In this document: in pieces, positions 59,050 through 64,000 of the stretch
How positions within the stretch are numbered: position 1 is the stretch's first letter
Layout: each line of letters starts with the position of its first letter
Assembly: GCA_902560685.1 (NCBI GenBank)
Contig: CACEMT010000002.1
Location: 861-64,860 of the forward strand
Source: an uncultured Pelagibacteraceae bacterium
GTDB taxonomy: Bacteria; Pseudomonadota; Alphaproteobacteria; Pelagibacterales; Pelagibacteraceae
Direction: 5' to 3'
DNA: 64,000 nt
Made by a program: the position numbers and the translations under genes
The notes under the pieces: model-generated
The model's database searches: none
The model's input: the letters and a program-made list of their open reading frames with translations, nothing else
Told to the model about the DNA's origin: nothing

Positions 59050-60381
59050 ATGACAATTTATGCTCTTTCGTCGGGACCTGGAATTTCGGGCATTGCCGTT
59101 ATAAGAATTTCAGGACAAAACTGTTCAAAAGTGATAAAATCTATGACTGTCGGTAGCTTCCCAAGGCCTAGAGTTGCTACACTCAAAAAGATCAATAAAA
59201 TCAATACAAATGAATTAATAGATGAGGGTATTATTATATGGTTTCCTGGACCAAACAGCTACACTGGAGAAGATATGGCAGAATTACATGTGCACGGAAG
59301 CAGAGCAGTAATAAATGAAATTCACAATTCTATTTCAAAGGTAGAAAATTGCAGATTAGCGAACCCAGGAGAGTTTACAAAGATTGCTTTTCAAAATAAT
59401 AAAATAAATTTGCTAAAAGCAGAAAGCATTGCAGATTTAATTTCTTCTGAAACTGAAATTCAAAGGAAGCAAGCAATTAAAATTATGTCAGGAAAAAGTT
59501 CTGAGAAATTTAACTCTTGGAGAGAAAAATTAATAAAAATTTTATCCAACGTAGAAGCTAAAATTGACTTTCCAGATGAAAATCTTCCAGATGATATTTT
59601 AAAAGATATAAAGTCATCATCTAAAAAAATAAAAGAAGAAATCAAAAAACTATTAGATGATGAAAAAATTGGAGAAAGAATTAGAGAAGGTTTTAAAATT
59701 TCAATAGTTGGGCCAACAAACGCAGGAAAATCTTCTTTATTAAATTATCTTTCAAAAAGAGACGTTGCGATTGTTTCTGAAATAGCAGGTACTACAAGAG
59801 ATGTGGTAGAAACTCATTTAAATATAGATGGATATCCAGTAATAGTTTCTGATACGGCGGGTATAAGAGAGTCTAAAGATGAGATAGAAAAAAGAGGTAT
59901 TAAGTTAGCATTGAAAAGAGCAGAAGATGCTGATTTAAACCTAGTTATAATAGAACCAAAAAGTGTTGATTTTACTGGTTTTTTGAATGATTTAATTAAT
60001 GAAAAAGCGATTGTAGTTCTAAATAAATCAGATTTAGGAATTAAAAGTATTAATGCAAATTTAAATAAATTTAATCCTATTGTTATTTCACTAAAAGATG
60101 AAAAAAATATTGATCAATTAATTTTAGAAATAAAAAAAAGATTAAAAAAAAGTTTTATTTCATCAGAAGATATTTTGATAACCAGAGAAAGACATAGACA
60201 ACATTTAGAGCAATGTGTTTATCACTTAGAAAATTTTGAAAAAAAGAATAAAATAGATGATTTTGATAAAGCAGCAGAAGATTTAAGATTAGCAACCAGA
60301 CACCTTGGAATAATTGTTGGAAAAGTTGATGTAGAGGAGATATTAGGTAGTATTTTCAACGATTTTTGTATTGGTAAATAA
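59050..60381 (+). CDS. mnmE: tRNA modification GTPase MnmE
   Basis: SYTGED, GPTNAGKSS, GTTRD and DTAG motifs; C-terminal FCIGK. Confidence 0.97.
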   Translation: MTIYALSSGPGISGIAVIRISGQNCSKVIKSMTVGSFPRPRVATLKKINKINTNELIDEGIIIWFPGPNSYTGEDMAELHVHGSRAVINEIHNSISKVENCRLANPGEFTKIAFQNNKINLLKAESIADLISSETEIQRKQAIKIMSGKSSEKFNSWREKLIKILSNVEAKIDFPDENLPDDILKDIKSSSKKIKEEIKKLLDDEKIGERIREGFKISIVGPTNAGKSSLLNYLSKRDVAIVSEIAGTTRDVVETHLNIDGYPVIVSDTAGIRESKDEIEKRGIKLALKRAEDADLNLVIIEPKSVDFTGFLNDLINEKAIVVLNKSDLGIKSINANLNKFNPIVISLKDEKNIDQLILEIKKRLKKSFISSEDILITRERHRQHLEQCVYHLENFEKKNKIDDFDKAAEDLRLATRHLGIIVGKVDVEEILGSIFNDFCIGK

Positions 60382-60518
60382 AGTCAAATTTATAAGCATT
60401 TTTGGATCATTTTTTAAGTTTTTCGTTGATAAATAAGGGTTTTTTACTAGGCTATAATTTTTTTTTCATATTTATTCTCTAATCTTGTAAATATTTTTTT
60501 GAGTTATAAGTTTAACTT

Positions 60519-62390
60519 ATGAAAAATGATTTAACATTTGATGTAGTTGTTGTAGGTGGTGGACATGCTGGTTGCGAAGCAGCGGCAGCTTCAGCAAGAC
60601 TAGGTGTAAACACAGCTTTGTTTACACATAAAATTGAAACAATAGGTGAGATGTCATGTAATCCAGCGATTGGTGGTTTAGGAAAAGGACACTTAGTAAG
60701 AGAAATAGATGCATTAGATGGAGTCATGGCTGAAGTAGCAGATAAATCAGGTATACAATTTAGACTATTAAACAGAAGTAGGGGCCCAGCAGTTAGAGGA
60801 CCTAGAACACAAAGTGATAGATCATTATATAAAAAATATATGCAAGAAAAACTTGTAAACTACTGTAATTTAAGCGTTTTTTCAGATCCAGTAATTGAAT
60901 TCATATTTGAAAAAAACATTATAAAAGGTTTTATAACTCAATCAGGTAAGAAAATTAAAACATCAAAGTTAATACTAACAACCGGCACTTTTTTGAATGG
61001 TTTGATACATGTGGGTGAAAAACAAACTCCAGCTGGAAGGTATAATGAAAAACCTACAACAGGTTTAAGTGAACAATTAAAAAAACTTAACTTTAAAATT
61101 GGAAGACTAAAGACAGGTACACCTCCTAGACTTGATTCTAGAACAATAAACTTTGATAATTTGGAAGAGCAGTTCGCAGATGATGATCCATATTTTTTCT
61201 CTTTCTTAACAAAAAAAAATTTAAACAAACAAATTACATGTAGGATGACTTATACAAATGAGAATGTTCACAAAATTATTTCAAAAAATATAAAACGAAG
61301 TGCAATGTATTCGGGAACTATCCAGGGAGTTGGCCCAAGGTATTGTCCGTCGATAGAGGATAAAGTTGTTAAATTTGCAGAAAAACAAAGACATCAAATT
61401 TTTTTAGAGCCAGAAGGCTTAAATGACCATACAATTTACCCAAATGGTATATCCACATCACTCCCTTCTGACATTCAGATAGAAATATGTAGTAAAATCA
61501 ATGGTTTAGAGAACGTTAAAATAATAAGGCCAGGATATGCTATTGAATATGACTATGTTGACCCAAGGGAGCTATTTCTTACCCTGGAAACTAAAAAAAT
61601 TAGAAACTTATATCTAGCCGGTCAAATCAATGGAACAACAGGGTATGAGGAAGCAGCTGCACAAGGACTTATAGCTGGAATTAATTCAGCTCTTTCACTT
61701 AAGGGTCATGAGCCATTTATTCTTGATAGATCTGAAGCTTATATTGGAGTAATGATTGATGATCTTGTTACAAAGGGTGTTGCTGAGCCTTACAGAATGT
61801 TCACCTCTAGAGCTGAATATAGACTTTCATTAAGATCGGATAATGCTGATATTAGACTTACTCAAAAAGGAATAGATATAGGTGTTGTTTTTGATGAAAG
61901 AAGTCGATTATATAAAGAAAAACATCATGAACTTAAAAAAATTCAAGATAAAATGGATAAATTAACGATTACTCCATCAAAAATTGCAAAATTTGGAATA
62001 AATATTGCAAAAGATGGTATTAAACGTAGTGCAAATCAAATATTAAGTCAAAAGTCTGTAGATATGGATAAAATAAGAGAAATTTGGCCACAAATTGCCT
62101 ATATTTCACGTGAAATAGATGAACAATTAGAAATAAATTCACATTATAGGGGATATTTAAAGAAGCAGAATGCTGATATTTTAGCATTTAAAAGGGATGA
62201 AAACCTTATTATACCTGAAAATTTAGACTATGATAAATTTTCTGGACTTTCAAATGAGGTTAAAACAAAATTTAAGAAAATTAGGCCTAAAACCATGGGT
62301 CAAGCATTAAGAATTGATGGAATTACACCAGCTGCCGTATATATTTTGTTGTCTCACCTCAAAAGAAAGTCTATTAAGCATATAGCTTGA
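60519..62390 (+). CDS. mnmG: tRNA uridine 5-carboxymethylaminomethyl modification enzyme MnmG/GidA
   Basis: [25 protein letters not shown] and [12 protein letters not shown] motifs. Confidence 0.98.
   Translation: MKNDLTFDVVVVGGGHAGCEAAAASARLGVNTALFTHKIETIGEMSCNPAIGGLGKGHLVREIDALDGVMAEVADKSGIQFRLLNRSRGPAVRGPRTQSDRSLYKKYMQEKLVNYCNLSVFSDPVIEFIFEKNIIKGFITQSGKKIKTSKLILTTGTFLNGLIHVGEKQTPAGRYNEKPTTGLSEQLKKLNFKIGRLKTGTPPRLDSRTINFDNLEEQFADDDPYFFSFLTKKNLNKQITCRMTYTNENVHKIISKNIKRSAMYSGTIQGVGPRYCPSIEDKVVKFAEKQRHQIFLEPEGLNDHTIYPNGISTSLPSDIQIEICSKINGLENVKIIRPGYAIEYDYVDPRELFLTLETKKIRNLYLAGQINGTTGYEEAAAQGLIAGINSALSLKGHEPFILDRSEAYIGVMIDDLVTKGVAEPYRMFTSRAEYRLSLRSDNADIRLTQKGIDIGVVFDERSRLYKEKHHELKKIQDKMDKLTITPSKIAKFGINIAKDGIKRSANQILSQKSVDMDKIREIWPQIAYISREIDEQLEINSHYRGYLKKQNADILAFKRDENLIIPENLDYDKFSGLSNEVKTKFKKIRPKTMGQALRIDGITPAAVYILLSHLKRKSIKHIA
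62102..62117. promoter_or_regulatory. parS-like site inside mnmG
   Basis: Perfect palindrome TATTTCACGTGAAATA, two symmetric changes from consensus. Confidence 0.75.
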
Positions 62391-63025
62391 TTGATTCGAA
62401 TTTTATAAAAAACTCAAAATTTATTGCTCAATATGTTTCACGTGAAACACTCGACGAGCTAAATAAATATAGTTTATCAATATTGAAAAAAAATAAAGAG
62501 ATAAATCTGATTAGCACAAGCACAGAAAAGTCAATAAAATCAAGACATATTGAGGATAGTGCGCAAATCATTGATTTTATTGATAAAAATGATATAAGTG
62601 TATGTACCGATTTAGGATCGGGCGCTGGTCTTCCTGGTATAGTTTTAGCTATATTGATGAAATCCAAAAAACCGCAATTTAAAGTGATTTTATACGAAAA
62701 AAGTTATCATAAGAGCAATTTTTTAAAAGAAATATCAAAAAAATTTAATTTGAATACAGAAATTAACCAAAAAAATATTTTTGATCAAAAAAATTTACAA
62801 ACAGACATTATAATTTCGAGAGCATTTAAACCATTGCCAGTTATTTTTGAAATTGCATTAAAGAATTTTAAAAAATTTAAATACATAATTTTATTTTTAG
62901 GAAAGAGTGGAAAGGAAATTTTAAAAGAAGCAACAAATAAATGGAAATTTAATTATGAAGAAAGAAAAAGCTTAACAAATGAAGACTCATTAGTAATAAA
63001 AATTTCTAATTTAAAAAAAAAATGA
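62387..63025 (+). CDS. rsmG: 16S rRNA m7G527 methyltransferase RsmG/GidB
   Basis: [20 protein letters not shown] and SRAF motifs. Confidence 0.95.
   Translation: MIDSNFIKNSKFIAQYVSRETLDELNKYSLSILKKNKEINLISTSTEKSIKSRHIEDSAQIIDFIDKNDISVCTDLGSGAGLPGIVLAILMKSKKPQFKVILYEKSYHKSNFLKEISKKFNLNTEINQKNIFDQKNLQTDIIISRAFKPLPVIFEIALKNFKKFKYIILFLGKSGKEILKEATNKWKFNYEERKSLTNEDSLVIKISNLKKK
62434..62449. promoter_or_regulatory. parS site inside rsmG
   Basis: Exact consensus TGTTTCACGTGAAACA. Confidence 0.92.
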
Positions 63026-63822
63026 ATAAAAAAATTATTTCAGTAATTAATCAAAAGGGTGGAGTAGGGAAAACTACAACTGTAATAAATTTAGCAGCAG
63101 GTCTATCCATGAAAGGAAAAAAAATATTGGTTATTGATCTTGATCCTCAAGGTAATGCTACAACAGGTCTCGGATTACCAAATACAGAAAATTCTGAACA
63201 AACAATCTATAGTGTTCTTAATGGAAATAAGAAAATTTCAGAAGTAATTAAATCAACTAAGTTTGAAAATTTATATTTAGTGAGCTCCAACGTAGATCTC
63301 TCAGGTTTAGAGGTTGAGACAGCCGGAGATAGCAGAAGAGCGTTTAAATTGAAGGATGAATTAGCCGCTATTTTAAATGATTCTGTGGCATTTTACGACT
63401 ACATACTTATTGATTGTCCCCCTTCACTAAGTCTTTTGACAATTATGGCACTAGTAGCCTCTGATGAGCTTGTAGTTCCGCTTCAGACAGAATTTTTTGC
63501 ACTTGAAGGTCTTACACAACTGATGAAAACGATTGAGAGGATCAAATCTAACCTTAATCCATCTCTGGATATTCGAGGTATCCTACTTACAATGTATGAT
63601 AAAAGAAATAAGTTGTCTGGTCAGGTAGAAGCAGAAGCTAGAAATTATTTTAAGGAGAAAGTTTATCAAACAGTGGTTCCAAGAAATGTAAGACTGTCAG
63701 AAGCACCATCTCACGGAGTTCCAGTTTTACTTTATGACAAAACTTGTCCAGGAAGTAAATCTTATTTTACATTTACAGATGAATTTTTAAATCAAGATAA
63801 ACTTGTGGTGAGTGCAGCATGA
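63022..63822 (+). CDS. parA: Chromosome partitioning ATPase ParA/Soj
   Basis: NQKGGVGKTT, DLDPQGN, DCPPSL and RLSEAPSHG motifs. Confidence 0.96.
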   Translation: MNKKIISVINQKGGVGKTTTVINLAAGLSMKGKKILVIDLDPQGNATTGLGLPNTENSEQTIYSVLNGNKKISEVIKSTKFENLYLVSSNVDLSGLEVETAGDSRRAFKLKDELAAILNDSVAFYDYILIDCPPSLSLLTIMALVASDELVVPLQTEFFALEGLTQLMKTIERIKSNLNPSLDIRGILLTMYDKRNKLSGQVEAEARNYFKEKVYQTVVPRNVRLSEAPSHGVPVLLYDKTCPGSKSYFTFTDEFLNQDKLVVSAA

Positions 63823-64000
63823 TTAATCCATTTAAAACTAAAAAAGGATTAGGCAGAGGGCTATCTTCATTAATTGGAGATACAGACTCAAAACCTATAA
63901 AAAATAAATTATCTATAAGCTCAATTGTTAGAAATAAATTTCAACCGAGAAAAAATTTTAATAAAGAAAAAATGGAAGAACTTACAAATTCAATTAGAGA
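63819..64000 (+). CDS. parB: Chromosome partitioning protein ParB (5' part, runs off window)
   Basis: Manual translation MINPFKTKKGLGRGLSSLIG...NKFQPRKNF...EELTNSIR. Confidence 0.92.
   Translation, partial: MINPFKTKKGLGRGLSSLIGDTDSKPIKNKLSISSIVRNKFQPRKNFNKEKMEELTNSIR

Noticed and set aside
589-62667. Numerous 60-144 aa antisense or alternate-frame ORFs in the track (e.g. 589-837, 21852-22160, 39418-39750, 45970-46404, 57030-57347)
   Set aside because: They overlap well-supported genes and have no motifs or RBS; typical shadow ORFs
1-64000. CRISPR arrays, IS elements, rRNA, known riboswitches
   Set aside because: No spaced repeats, transposase or integrase ORFs, or recognisable aptamers seen by eye; a covariance-model search was not possible

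Overview
Very AT-rich, gene-dense alphaproteobacterial chromosome segment. Gene content, synteny and tiny intergenic spacers point to SAR11/Pelagibacterales (inference). In order, it contains: a TRAP transporter and 2-hydroxy-acid oxidation/aminotransferase cluster; ccmCDEFGH-pagL; hspQ/yciB; argG; a two-photolyase light/UV cluster; folD-yggT-mscS-hemDC; tsaD-EVE-acs with a VC_2705/ActP-like symporter; rpe-purH; tRNA-Gly(GCC); ftsK-lolA; hisBHAFE; hslVU; and the conserved alphaproteobacterial origin block (dnaQ-coaE-aroE-maf-ppsR | probable oriC | hemE-hemH-hemJ-rho-mnmE-mnmG-rsmG-parA-parB) with two intragenic parS palindromes. No mobile element, prophage or CRISPR was seen. The best novel candidate is an unannotated two-hairpin RNA between hspQ and ccmC. 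Its CU-rich loop is complementary to the ribosome-binding regions of the two nutrient-transporter operons in this window, which suggests an AbcR/GcvB-like sRNA. Other points of interest are recurrent leaderless promoter geometry, a polybasic tail on Acs, tandem LldD paralogs with reciprocal FMN-site changes, an Fe-S-less bacterial (6-4) photolyase beside a missed 4-Cys DUF2256 gene, and a tRNA-mRNA junction. All calls come from reading the sequence by eye; no database searches were run.
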